Of a stretch of 32,000 bases of DNA, positions 1-8,865 are shown piece by piece. The stretch spans positions 150,001 through 182,000 of the forward strand of contig OY760660.1 in NCBI GenBank assembly GCA_963663995.1. Reading direction: 5' to 3'. The position numbers and the translations under genes are program-made. The notes under the pieces are model-generated. The model ran no database searches and was not told where the DNA came from. It worked only from the letters and a program-made list of their open reading frames with translations. Source of the DNA: Erysipelotrichaceae bacterium. GTDB taxonomy: Bacteria > Bacillota_I > Bacilli_A > Erysipelotrichales > Erysipelotrichaceae. The first letter of the stretch is position 1, and each line of letters starts with the position of its first letter.

Positions 1-324
1 TGATTCACGTTGAGAAATATCCGATAAATGAACTTCAACCGTCGGTATCGCAACCGCTTTTAAAGCATCTAAGATGCCAACGGATGTATGGGTATAAGCA
101 GCAGGGTTAATCACAATCCCATCAAACTTTTGATAAGCTGCTTGAATACGGTCAATCAAAGCACCTTCATGGTTACTTTGATAAATCTCGACTTCGAAAT
201 CAAAGTCTTTCGCAACGTTTTGGATATAGTTTTCTAAATCTTGATAAGTCGTGTGTCCATATATTTCTGGCTCACGAATACCTAACATATTTAAGTTAGG
301 ACCATTAATGACTAAAAATTTCAT
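1..324 (-). CDS. aroQ: 3-dehydroquinate dehydratase, type II (N-terminal 108 codons; ORF runs off the left edge)
   Basis: Minus-strand ORF open to the window edge. ATG at 324 has AAGGAG 7 nt upstream. My translation [23 protein letters not shown]...SNHEGALID...[12 protein letters not shown] matches the type II dehydroquinase signature. It overlaps the stop of the upstream aroE/aroK gene by 20 nt. Confidence 0.85.
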   Translation of the reverse strand, partial: MKFLVINGPNLNMLGIREPEIYGHTTYQDLENYIQNVAKDFDFEVEIYQSNHEGALIDRIQAAYQKFDGIVINPAAYTHTSVGILDALKAVAIPTVEVHLSDISQRES

Positions 325-1555
325 CAAACTTCTCCTTGATTTGACTGATGGCACTCTCAATATCATTGTTATTGGAAACGGTGATATGAGCTGCCTGTAT
401 ATATAATGGATATCTCTTTTGATGCATTTGTCTTAAAGCATCTAAATCTTTTGAAAGCGGACGGTGTCCACGTGTTTCAAGTTGTTCAAGATCACGATCG
501 ATAAAGAAGAGAATGCCATTTTGTTGAAGTGCTCGAACATTAGCAGGATTGAGGATTGAACCTCCACCTGTTGCGATCACTAAGTTTGTCGTTTTTGCTG
601 TACTTAGAACCGCTTCATGCTCGAGCGATCTAAAGTAAGGTTCTCCATGTTCACTAAATAGTTCAGGAATGCTTTTTTGGGCATTGCTTTCAATCACTTC
701 ATCGATATCTATAAATTGTTTATGATAGATTTCACTTAAGGCTTGACCAATTGTTGATTTACCAGAACTTGGCATCCCAATCAAAACAATATTTTGATAA
801 TCTTTGAGTAAATTTTGATAGATAGGCATGATCAGATTATCATCTAAAACTTTATCTAAAAATTTATCTGCTGCAAATTTTGCTTGAGCCACTAACATGA
901 GTAGACCATTAGCAGTTTTAATACCGTGTTTTTCAGCATCCAGTATTAAATTTGTTTTTAATGGATTATAGATCACATCCACAACTGCTTCTAAATTTTT
1001 ATAATGCGCAATATCAATCGGACAATCTTCATTATGAGGATACATTCCACTTGGTGTTGCATTAATGATGACTTCAATATCACTTTGTTTTATCGCTGTT
1101 TCATAATCAATAAATTGATCTTTTGCAGTTCTAGAAACAATATAAATTTTTTTGGATTCTAAACTTGCACATACTGCTTGGATTGTTTTAGAAGTACCAC
1201 CTGTCCCTAAAATCATGACAACTTTATTTTTTAATGAAATATCATTCATTTTGAGTGAATAGATAAAACCATAATAATCCGTATTATAGGCGATTAATTT
1301 TCCATCTCTATTAACAAGCGTATTAGCTGCTCCTATTTTTGTAACAGATTCATCACATTCATCACAATAAGGTATCACGGTTTGTTTATAAGGTATCGTC
1401 ACATTAACTGCGTCGAAACTCTTTTCAGTTAAAAAATGATCTAACTCTTCCTTTGACATTGGCAAAAGATCATAAGTGTAATAACCAAATTGTTCGTGTA
1501 TACCTTTTGAAAAACTATGGGATAGTTTCTCACCAATTAATCCATATTTTGCCAT
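305..1555 (-). CDS. aroE/aroK: bifunctional shikimate dehydrogenase / shikimate kinase fusion
   Basis: Continuous ORF in the track. N-half [29 protein letters not shown] is AroE-like. C-half [12 protein letters not shown] (Walker A)..ATGGGS is AroK-like. Start moved to ATG 1555 (MAKYGLIG) because GGAGG lies 4 nt upstream; the 1588 start has no SD. Confidence 0.85.
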   Translation of the reverse strand: MAKYGLIGEKLSHSFSKGIHEQFGYYTYDLLPMSKEELDHFLTEKSFDAVNVTIPYKQTVIPYCDECDESVTKIGAANTLVNRDGKLIAYNTDYYGFIYSLKMNDISLKNKVVMILGTGGTSKTIQAVCASLESKKIYIVSRTAKDQFIDYETAIKQSDIEVIINATPSGMYPHNEDCPIDIAHYKNLEAVVDVIYNPLKTNLILDAEKHGIKTANGLLMLVAQAKFAADKFLDKVLDDNLIMPIYQNLLKDYQNIVLIGMPSSGKSTIGQALSEIYHKQFIDIDEVIESNAQKSIPELFSEHGEPYFRSLEHEAVLSTAKTTNLVIATGGGSILNPANVRALQQNGILFFIDRDLEQLETRGHRPLSKDLDALRQMHQKRYPLYIQAAHITVSNNNDIESAISQIKEKFDEIFSH

Positions 1556-1569
1556 ATGTCCTCCTTTTT

Positions 1570-2676
1570 TTATTTTTGTGTCATCCACATGTAACCATAA
1601 CGTTCGACAAATAAATCAACTAAAGCAATCGCAATCATACTATCGACAACGATACGTGCTCTGTGGATAATCGCTGGATCATGACGTCCAACAATTTGTA
1701 GTTCTTCATTTTCATGTGTTTTGATATTAACGGTGTCTTGTTTCTTATAAATGGATGCGGTTGGTTTAACCACACAACGCATAACAATAGGCATTCCATT
1801 AGATATTCCACCATTGATGCCACCCATATGATTGGTTTTTGTCTTAACGACATCGTGATCATAGTAGAAAGCATCATTTGAAGTAGAACCTTGCATATTC
1901 ACTAAATCAAAACCTGAGCCAAATTCCACACCTTTAATGGCAGGAATAGAGTAGATGAGTTGTGCTAGTTTGCTTTCGATTGAATTGAAGAATGGTTCAC
2001 CAATTCCAGCTGGCATATTTAAGACAACTGATTCTAAGATGCCACCAATAGAGTCACCTTGTGCTTGCATTTCTTCAATTTTTGAAACCATCTCATTTTC
2101 TTTTTCAAGACTGATGGTAGGGAAGTATTTAGTAGATAAATCAATAAGTTGTTTCGCTAAAACTTTTTCATCGCTTGCGAATACTGCATCACTGATATTT
2201 GCTAATTGAGAAATATGGGTACCAATTAAGATCCCTTTAGCTTCTAATATTTGTGTACAAATGGCACCTGCCGCAACAATGGGGGCAGTTATTCGACCTG
2301 AGAAGTGTCCACCACCTCGATAGTCTTGAAAGCCTTCATATTTAACAGATGCGGTATAGTCGGCATGCGAAGGACGCATGAGATCTTTTGTTTTCTCATA
2401 ATCTTTAGAATGTTGACTCTTATTTTCAATGATTAAACTTAAAGGTGTACCGGTGGTATAACCATTGAAGTAACCACTGAGAAACTTAAATTCATCAGCT
2501 TCATGACGTTGTGTAGAAATTTTACCTTTTGGTTTGCGTAAATTAAGTTTTGTGCGAATGAGGTCTAAATCTAGTTCTAATCCTGGTGCTAAACCATCAA
2601 TCACAACCCCAATCGCATCTGAATGAGATTCTCCAAATAATGAAATATGTAAGTTATTTCCGAAACTACTTTTCAT
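1570..2676 (-). CDS. aroC: chorismate synthase
   Basis: 368 aa with FGESHSDAIGVVIDG, RPSHADY and VGRHDP motifs typical of AroC. Overlaps aroB by 11 nt, consistent with translational coupling. Confidence 0.95.
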   Translation of the reverse strand: MKSSFGNNLHISLFGESHSDAIGVVIDGLAPGLELDLDLIRTKLNLRKPKGKISTQRHEADEFKFLSGYFNGYTTGTPLSLIIENKSQHSKDYEKTKDLMRPSHADYTASVKYEGFQDYRGGGHFSGRITAPIVAAGAICTQILEAKGILIGTHISQLANISDAVFASDEKVLAKQLIDLSTKYFPTISLEKENEMVSKIEEMQAQGDSIGGILESVVLNMPAGIGEPFFNSIESKLAQLIYSIPAIKGVEFGSGFDLVNMQGSTSNDAFYYDHDVVKTKTNHMGGINGGISNGMPIVMRCVVKPTASIYKKQDTVNIKTHENEELQIVGRHDPAIIHRARIVVDSMIAIALVDLFVERYGYMWMTQK

Positions 2677-3694
2677 GATCTGCCTCCACTAATCTATTAA
2701 TATAGATTTTTAATGCTTCAAATTCTATTTGTTTTAACTCTGCTTTACCACAGTCTTCAACACAGACAATGGTAATCGAGTTTTGTTCAGCTTTTTTATC
2801 TTTCAACATTAATTGATAGATCTTTTCTGAATCAAAATCAACATAAGTTTTTAAACCCATTTTTTCGTAAACATTGAGTACTCTTTGTTTAAGATTTTTA
2901 TTTTCAATCATCGCTAACATACCAATCGCAACACATTCACCATGATAGAGATCTTTCAAACCATAATAACTTTCAATCGCATGACCAATCGTGTGACCAA
3001 AGTTGAGGATTTTACGAAGGTTTTGTTCTTTCTCATCAATTTGAACCACTTCTTTTTTAACTTTTAAAGCAGCCGTGATGATTTCTTCTAAATGATCTAA
3101 ATAATCTTCTTTTTCAAATAACTCAAATAATTCTTTATCGTAGATTAAACCCGCTTTTAAGGCTTCGACTAAACCAGCCGTAAAGTGACGCTTTGGTAAG
3201 GTTTTTAAAGTATCTGTATCGATGAAAACCATCTTAGGGTGATAGAACGCTCCAACAATATTTTTTACCTTATCTAGATTAATCGCAACTTTTCCACCGA
3301 TACTACTATCAATTTGCGAAAGGGAAGTCGTTGGGATTGAAATAAAGTCGATACCACGCATATAACTGGATGCGACAAAACCGGATAAATCACCAATAAC
3401 GCCACCCCCTAAAGCAATAATTAAATCTTTACGGGTAAATTTTAATTCAAGTAATTTTCTTAGTAATTTTTCATAGACTTCAAAACTCTTCGCACCCTCA
3501 CCTGATTGAACGATTTCAACATGTGCGCTATTACATTGTGAAAGAAGTGTATCTAAATATTGGCTAGGTACACCAGTGTCGGTGATAATAAAAATGTTTC
3601 TCTTTAAATTAACATAACGAGAAACATTGTTTAAACAACCCGGTTCGATAAGAATATCGTAAGTGCTGTGTGATAAGTTGATGTTTAGTTTCAT
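2666..3694 (-). CDS. aroB: 3-dehydroquinate synthase
   Basis: 342 aa with GGGVIGDLSGF nucleotide-binding motif and NFGHTIGHA metal-site motif. Starts 1 nt after the pheA stop. Confidence 0.95.
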   Translation of the reverse strand: MKLNINLSHSTYDILIEPGCLNNVSRYVNLKRNIFIITDTGVPSQYLDTLLSQCNSAHVEIVQSGEGAKSFEVYEKLLRKLLELKFTRKDLIIALGGGVIGDLSGFVASSYMRGIDFISIPTTSLSQIDSSIGGKVAINLDKVKNIVGAFYHPKMVFIDTDTLKTLPKRHFTAGLVEALKAGLIYDKELFELFEKEDYLDHLEEIITAALKVKKEVVQIDEKEQNLRKILNFGHTIGHAIESYYGLKDLYHGECVAIGMLAMIENKNLKQRVLNVYEKMGLKTYVDFDSEKIYQLMLKDKKAEQNSITIVCVEDCGKAELKQIEFEALKIYINRLVEADHEK

Positions 3695-3695
3695 G

Positions 3696-4784
3696 TTAAT
3701 TTTCCTGCTTCGTATAAGAGCCTAGATATCTAAAGTCTTGGCAATATCGGCTTAAGTCTTCAAACAATGCAAAAGCTTCATCGTTTTGACGACTTCCTTC
3801 TACTTCAACGTAAAAATAATATTTCCAAGGTTGGTTATGAATTGCACGTGACTTAATATTTTCCATATTAAAGCCATGTTCACTAATCGCATTGATTACT
3901 TTCGCTAAAGAACCGGTATTGTGATCAGTGGTAAAGATGAAAGACATACGGTTTCCATTGTTAGTTCCATTTTTAGAAATCACAATAAAACGAGTTGTAT
4001 TATCTTCACTTGTGTTGATGTTTTTAACTAAAACATCTAATCCATATAATTCTGCTGTTTCTAAAGAAGCAACAGCAGCTTTTGATTTATCTTGAGTATC
4101 ACTGACAAACTTTGCCGCAAGAGCTGTGTTTGGGTATGGGACGAGTTCAAAAGGATACATGCTTAAGAAATGTTTAGATTGATTCAAAGCTTGTTCATGT
4201 GAGTAAACTTGTTTGATATCTTTAATATCTGTGCCTTTTACAGCTAATAAATTTTGATCGATTTTCAAATCATAAATATCACTAATCATGACATCATATT
4301 TAAAAAGTAAGTCTAATACTTCACCCACTTCACCAGTATATGAGTTTTCAAATGGTAAGACTGCTTTTTCTACTTCATCATTGATGACAGCTAAAACAAC
4401 TTCTTCAAATGTTTTATATGACTTAGTTTGTTGATCTTTAAATAAACGATTTAAAGCGATATGAGAGAAAGCACCTTCAACGCCTTGGAAACCAATAATT
4501 TCTTTAGCGGATAATTGATGTTGGTGCTGACGAGATAAACTCATTAAATGAGTGATGAAATCAACATAAAAAGGCTCAAATTCAGCACGATGAATATAAG
4601 CCTTATTTTTATCAATGACTTGTTGTTCGCGTGATGAATCTAGGACCTGAATATTGTGTGCCATTTTGTAGGCTACGACATCTTCAACCACTTGCATTCG
4701 CTCTTCAAATAATCGAGCCATTTCTCGATCAATGATATCTATTTGAATGCGTGCTTCTTCAAGTGTCTTCATCAGTTGTATCAT
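3696..4784 (-). CDS. pheA: bifunctional chorismate mutase / prephenate dehydratase (P-protein type)
   Basis: 362 aa. N-terminal AroQ-class chorismate mutase helices (IDIIDREMARLFEERMQV), a PDT core (NTTRFIVIS) and a C-terminal ACT-like domain. AAGGA abuts ATG 4784, so ATG 4772 (M5) may be the true start. Confidence 0.9.
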   Translation of the reverse strand: MIQLMKTLEEARIQIDIIDREMARLFEERMQVVEDVVAYKMAHNIQVLDSSREQQVIDKNKAYIHRAEFEPFYVDFITHLMSLSRQHQHQLSAKEIIGFQGVEGAFSHIALNRLFKDQQTKSYKTFEEVVLAVINDEVEKAVLPFENSYTGEVGEVLDLLFKYDVMISDIYDLKIDQNLLAVKGTDIKDIKQVYSHEQALNQSKHFLSMYPFELVPYPNTALAAKFVSDTQDKSKAAVASLETAELYGLDVLVKNINTSEDNTTRFIVISKNGTNNGNRMSFIFTTDHNTGSLAKVINAISEHGFNMENIKSRAIHNQPWKYYFYVEVEGSRQNDEAFALFEDLSRYCQDFRYLGSYTKQEN

Positions 4785-4804
4785 TCCTTAATTTGATTGT
4801 TAGA

Positions 4805-4813
4805 ATTATACCA
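4805..4813 (-). promoter_or_regulatory. candidate extended -10 promoter of the pheA-aro operon
   Basis: Minus strand reads TGGTATAAT (TGn + perfect TATAAT) about 20 nt upstream of the pheA start. The -35 is poor. The leader is too short for a T-box or attenuator. Confidence 0.4.
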
Positions 4814-4968
4814 TAAAATGTAAAAAATACAGTTTTGTTTCTAAGAATTTTCATAAATTTTCATATTCTACAAAAATACGTTCATATCTTTATCATATTG
4901 GTGCCACATTCCTGTCACATTTACATTTTATACTTTCTTCATGCTTAAGTGCAGTTAAGGAGAATCAA

Positions 4969-5298
4969 ATGAAAAAAATTTTAATCGTCTTTGGAACATT
5001 TATCACTGTTAGTTTAATCTTTTTAGGATTAACAAACTTGGATGAAATTAATGCATATATAAATAATGATAAGACAAGTGTAAATACATTAGCGCTAACT
5101 GAAACAAGTGAATGGATAGTTGATGATGCTGATGTTGAAGCATTTGTAGAAACTGAACAAAACCATGACTTTATCGATAAAGAGGGTAATCGTCCTGAAA
5201 GGGGAGTGGCTTTAGATGGCTTTGATGGTGAAAGACCAACAGCACCTGAAGGAACTTTTCCACAATCAGACACTCAAACTGGTTCGACGACTCAATGA
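4969..5298 (+). CDS. small secreted or membrane-anchored acidic protein, unknown function
   Basis: AAGGAGA lies 5 nt upstream of the ATG. N-terminal KKILIVFGTFITVSLIFLGL is a signal or anchor segment, followed by an acidic Asp/Glu-rich region and a Pro/Gly/Thr-rich tail. Followed by a terminator. I recognise no family. Confidence 0.6.
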   Translation: MKKILIVFGTFITVSLIFLGLTNLDEINAYINNDKTSVNTLALTETSEWIVDDADVEAFVETEQNHDFIDKEGNRPERGVALDGFDGERPTAPEGTFPQSDTQTGSTTQ

Positions 5299-5301
5299 TT
5301 T

Positions 5302-5327
5302 AAAAAAGACGAATTAATCGTCTTTTC
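5302..5327. terminator. bidirectional intrinsic terminator between convergent genes
   Basis: AAAAGACGA-attaa-TCGTCTTTT: 9-bp stem, A-tract on one side and T-tract on the other. Confidence 0.6.
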
Positions 5328-5333
5328 TAATGC

Positions 5334-6326
5334 TTATTTAGATGTAATTTGTCCCATGATAGGATGTGGAATATAAGTTTCTTCTAGATAGTCAATTTCC
5401 TCTTGACTTAGAACAACATCTAATGCTGCTACCGCATCATCAATATGGGATAGTTTAGTAGCACCCACGATTGGGGCAACAACTGGTTTTTTAGTCCATA
5501 ACCAAGCGAGTGCAATCTGTGCTTTCTTAACTGCTTTTTTCTCAGCGATTTCTGCAACGCGATCAATAATAACTTGATCAGCTTCCATCATTTTTCCATA
5601 TTTACTTTCTTGTGTTTTATCTGATTCTAAACGTGCAGATGTTTCATCTTTAGTTTTAACTAAACGACCAGACGCGAGTGGCGAATAAGGTGTTGTCGCA
5701 ACACCACTATCAAGACAGTAGGCATCCATTTCTCTTTCTTCTTCACGATACATTAGATTGTGATGGTTTTGCATTGAGATGAATTTTGTCCAACCATTCT
5801 TTTCAGCAATATTTTGGGCTTTTTGAAATTGCCAAGCATACATCGCTGATGCGCCAATATAACGAACTTTACCTGATTCAACTAAATCGTGCAGAGCTTT
5901 CATTGTTTCTTCAATAGGAGTTGTATAATCCCAACGGTGAATAATATAAAGATCAATGTAGTCAGTTTGTAAACGTTTGAGACTTTGTTCTACTTCATAC
6001 ATGATAGCTTTTCTTGAAAGGCCATATGTATTTGTTTCTTCTCTCATGGGCATAAAGACTTTAGTCGCTAATACGACTTTATCTCTTATACCTAATTCTT
6101 TTAAAGCACGACCTACAAATTCTTCACTTGTACCTAAGGAATAAATATTTGCAGTATCGATAAAGTTGATACCTGCATCAAAGGCATGTTTAATGACTGT
6201 TTTACTGGCTTCATAATCAATAACCCATTTATGTTGCCAACCAGCGTTTATATCACCCATACCCATAGTCCCAAGACAAATAGGGGATACTTCTAATCCA
6301 GAATTTCCTAATTTTACGTATTTCAT
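5334..6326 (-). CDS. aldo/keto reductase (AKR, ~330 aa class)
   Basis: Catalytic tetrad context DTANIY..ATKV..IIHRWD and an N-terminal LGTMGMG motif. Start set to ATG 6326 (MKYVKLGNSG) with GGAGG 7 nt upstream; the 6347 start has no SD. Confidence 0.9.
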   Translation of the reverse strand: MKYVKLGNSGLEVSPICLGTMGMGDINAGWQHKWVIDYEASKTVIKHAFDAGINFIDTANIYSLGTSEEFVGRALKELGIRDKVVLATKVFMPMREETNTYGLSRKAIMYEVEQSLKRLQTDYIDLYIIHRWDYTTPIEETMKALHDLVESGKVRYIGASAMYAWQFQKAQNIAEKNGWTKFISMQNHHNLMYREEEREMDAYCLDSGVATTPYSPLASGRLVKTKDETSARLESDKTQESKYGKMMEADQVIIDRVAEIAEKKAVKKAQIALAWLWTKKPVVAPIVGATKLSHIDDAVAALDVVLSQEEIDYLEETYIPHPIMGQITSK

Positions 6327-6345
6327 AATATACCTCCGTAAGTCC

Positions 6346-6376
6346 ACTATATACCTTGGAGCTTACTCCAAGTCAA
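6346..6376 (-). promoter_or_regulatory. sigmaA-type promoter with embedded 7-4-7 dyad (MerR-like geometry) for the AKR gene
   Basis: Minus strand reads TTGACT(6376-6371)-19 nt-TATAGT(6351-6346). The alternative is TATATA with a 17-nt spacer. The perfect dyad CTTGGAG-cttA-CTCCAAG (6355-6372) fills the spacer and lies in the 112-bp divergent region shared with the flavodoxin-like gene. Confidence 0.5.
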
Positions 6377-6438
6377 GAGATAGTTTCGTTTTTATTTGTC
6401 ACTTAAAAAAGGTAAAATATATTTAAAGGAAAAAACAT

Positions 6439-6963
6439 ATGGAAAATAAAATTTTAGTCGTCTATTTTTCTAAACCTGGACGTAATTACTACAAAGGCAG
6501 TATTATCAGTTTAGATACTGGAAACACTGAAAAATGTGCTGAATATATTGAAGATGAATTTAATGCAGATATCTTTCGTGTTGAAAGAATGCATGATTAT
6601 GAAGATGATTATAATCTATGTATGACAGAAGCAGGGGTAGAGTTTAATCAAGACATACGACCTAAACTTCGACATCATTTAGATTCAATCGATAAGTATG
6701 ACACCATCATCATTGCATATCCAAATTGGTATAACACCATGCCAATGCCCTTATGGACTTTCTTAGAAAGTTTAGACTTCTCTAATAAAACAATCTTACC
6801 TTTATGTACAAATGAAGGAAGTGGTTTAGGAAATAGTCTAAATGACATTAAAAAAATATGTCCCAATGCAATGATTAAAAAGGGATTATCACTAAAAGGA
6901 AGTCAAGTTGATAATTCTAGAAAAGAAATTATTGACTGGATTAAGGCTGAATACAATTCATAA
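6439..6963 (+). CDS. flavodoxin-like protein
   Basis: 174 aa. ILVVYFSKPG N-terminus, IIIAYPNWYNTMP and PLCTNEGSGLG loops are typical of flavodoxin-fold FMN proteins. Transcribed divergently from the AKR gene. Confidence 0.8.
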   Translation: MENKILVVYFSKPGRNYYKGSIISLDTGNTEKCAEYIEDEFNADIFRVERMHDYEDDYNLCMTEAGVEFNQDIRPKLRHHLDSIDKYDTIIIAYPNWYNTMPMPLWTFLESLDFSNKTILPLCTNEGSGLGNSLNDIKKICPNAMIKKGLSLKGSQVDNSRKEIIDWIKAEYNS

Positions 6964-7029
6964 CCTTTCAAGAATATTCAAAGGTACTAGACATTAAAAA
7001 GTTTATTGTGCTAAGCAATAGTAGAAAAT

Positions 7030-7063
7030 AAAAGCAATGAATCAAATGACTCATTGCTTTTTT
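7030..7063. terminator. bidirectional intrinsic terminator
   Basis: AAAAGCAATGA-(10 nt)-TCATTGCTTTT: 11-bp stem flanked by A- and T-tracts, between the convergent flavodoxin-like and ZIP genes. Confidence 0.6.
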
Positions 7064-7070
7064 AAATGTT

Positions 7071-7895
7071 TTATCCTAAAGCTACGTCTAAAATCATCAT
7101 AATCGCAAAACCAAGCATGACGCCAATGGTTGCGATATCGGTTTTGGAACCACCTTCTTCTCGTTGGGCTTCAGGAATCAATTCCTCAACGACAACATAA
7201 ATCATTGCACCAGCCGCAAAAGCGAGGGCGAAAGGTAAGAAGCCTTGCATTTGTAATACGGCATAAGCACCAATAACGCCGGCTATCGGTTCAACAATAC
7301 CAGAAGCTTGTCCATAAATGAAAGCTTTTGTTCTTGAGAAACCTTCACGTCTAAGTGGAACAGAAACAGCAGCACCTTCAGGAAAATTTTGTAGTCCAAT
7401 CCCAATCGCAAGGGCGATGGCACCAGCTAAAGTTGCGGATGTACCTAAACTTGCACCGACTGCACCAAAAGCAACACCCACTGCTAAACCCTCAGGAATA
7501 TTATGAAGTGTAATCGCTAAGACCAGTAATACTGACCTTTGCCAATTGGTTTTTGGACCTTCAGCCTGTGAGGTATCTAAACCTTGGTGAAGATGGGGTA
7601 GAAGTGCATCAACTATATAAAGAAATGCACCACCCGCTAAGAAACCACCTGCAGCCATCAACCATGGATTTTGACCTAATTCTTCAGCCATGTCAATTGC
7701 TGGATTTAATAAGGACCAAAAACTTGCCGCAATCATAACACCAGCCGCAAATCCTAACATCCCGTTTAATAAAGTTTTATTGATAGTTCTAAAGAAGAAT
7801 ACTAAACCTGCCCCAAGTGCAGTCACGCCCCACGTAAATAATGTGGCAAATAATGCTTGCATGACAGGACTATAGTTCTGTAAAAAATTAATCAT
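7071..7895 (-). CDS. ZIP-family divalent metal (zinc) transporter, ZupT/GufA-like
   Basis: 274 aa, polytopic. [10 protein letters not shown] and [10 protein letters not shown] signature helices. AGGAG SD upstream of the ATG. Confidence 0.9.
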   Translation of the reverse strand: MINFLQNYSPVMQALFATLFTWGVTALGAGLVFFFRTINKTLLNGMLGFAAGVMIAASFWSLLNPAIDMAEELGQNPWLMAAGGFLAGGAFLYIVDALLPHLHQGLDTSQAEGPKTNWQRSVLLVLAITLHNIPEGLAVGVAFGAVGASLGTSATLAGAIALAIGIGLQNFPEGAAVSVPLRREGFSRTKAFIYGQASGIVEPIAGVIGAYAVLQMQGFLPFALAFAAGAMIYVVVEELIPEAQREEGGSKTDIATIGVMLGFAIMMILDVALG

Positions 7896-8033
7896 TCAAA
7901 TCTCCTAAATGACGATAAACGTCAAGTACAGTATAAATGATGTATTCATCTTTGTGTATCAAATGACTTTCTATGCGTTTATGATGAAAGTATAAAGATG
8001 TTTGTTTAAACTGAAATTAAATAAGGAGCAATT

Positions 8034-8837
8034 ATGTTAAATAAGAAATTAGAATTATTAAATCATAAGTGGATACCACAAATTGGTTTTGGGACATGGA
8101 TGATAGAGAATGAAGAAGCTGCACAAGCTGTAAGTACAGCAATTGAAATTGGTTATCGTCATATAGATACAGCACAGAATTATAAAAATGAAGAAGGCGT
8201 TGGCTTAGGCATTCTTAAAAGTGGCGTAAATAGAGAATCAATCTATATCACCACAAAAATAAGAGCTCGTTATAAAACATATGAAGAAGCCAAAGAATCA
8301 ATTCAAGAATCGCTAAAGAAACTACAGGTTGATTATATTGATTTAATGTTAATTCATTGGCCACAACCTTGGGACGATAAAGGATCTAAAAATCGTTATT
8401 TTAAGGAAAATCTAGCTGTTTGGAAAGCCATGGAAGAAGCCTATGAAAGAGGTGAAATAAAAGCACTTGGTGTTTCAAATTTCACAATTGAAGATATTCA
8501 AAATATTCAAGTTAATGCTTTTATAAAACCAATGGTCAATCAAATTGAAGTACATGTTGGAAATACACCAATTGAACTCATTAATTTTTGTCAAAAAAAT
8601 GAAATAATCGTAGAAGCATATTCCCCGATTGGTCATGGTGAATGCTTAAATGATTTAGACTTACAAAAAATGGCAGAAAAGTACAATGTGAGTGTAGCTC
8701 AACTATGTATCCGTTATACGACACAACTGGGGTGTGTAACTTTACCAAAATCAAGTAAAAGAAATCACATTGAATCAAACGCAAAAGTTGATTTTGTGAT
8801 TTCAAATGAGGATATGGAAATATTAATGAATAAATAA
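8034..8837 (+). CDS. aldo/keto reductase (2,5-diketo-D-gluconate reductase-like, ~270 aa class)
   Basis: HIDTAQNYKNE..ITTKI..MLIHWP catalytic tetrad context. AAGGAG SD. Confidence 0.9.
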   Translation: MLNKKLELLNHKWIPQIGFGTWMIENEEAAQAVSTAIEIGYRHIDTAQNYKNEEGVGLGILKSGVNRESIYITTKIRARYKTYEEAKESIQESLKKLQVDYIDLMLIHWPQPWDDKGSKNRYFKENLAVWKAMEEAYERGEIKALGVSNFTIEDIQNIQVNAFIKPMVNQIEVHVGNTPIELINFCQKNEIIVEAYSPIGHGECLNDLDLQKMAEKYNVSVAQLCIRYTTQLGCVTLPKSSKRNHIESNAKVDFVISNEDMEILMNK

Positions 8838-8859
8838 AAAAGCGAAATTTCGCTTTTTT
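8836..8859. terminator. bidirectional intrinsic terminator
   Basis: Perfect palindrome AAAAAAGCGAAATTTCGCTTTTTT between two convergent AKR genes. Confidence 0.65.
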
Positions 8860-8865
8860 ACTTGA

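Noticed and set aside
1556-1588. N-terminal extensions proposed by the ORF track (also 6327-6347, 15954-16004, 30197-30235, 15826-15834)
   Set aside because: For the first four, a downstream ATG has a canonical SD at 4-9 nt, and the extension either lacks one or lies within the preceding gene or promoter. For 15826-15834, neither start has an SD; the downstream ATG (15825) was preferred over the track's TTG.
4965-5273. 102-aa minus-strand ORF mirroring the small secreted protein gene
   Set aside because: The plus-strand ORF has AAGGAGA at ideal spacing, a signal peptide and a terminator. The minus ORF has none of these and would run into the pheA promoter region.
7910-7924. Palindrome TGACG-ataaa-CGTCA in the 5' region of the ZIP transporter gene, considered as a Zur/AdcR box
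   Set aside because: The arms are only 5 bp. It does not resemble the Zur (TCGTAATnATTACGA-like) or AdcR (TTAACnnGTTAA-like) consensus as I remember them. It is possibly a weak RNA hairpin and is not reportable as an operator.
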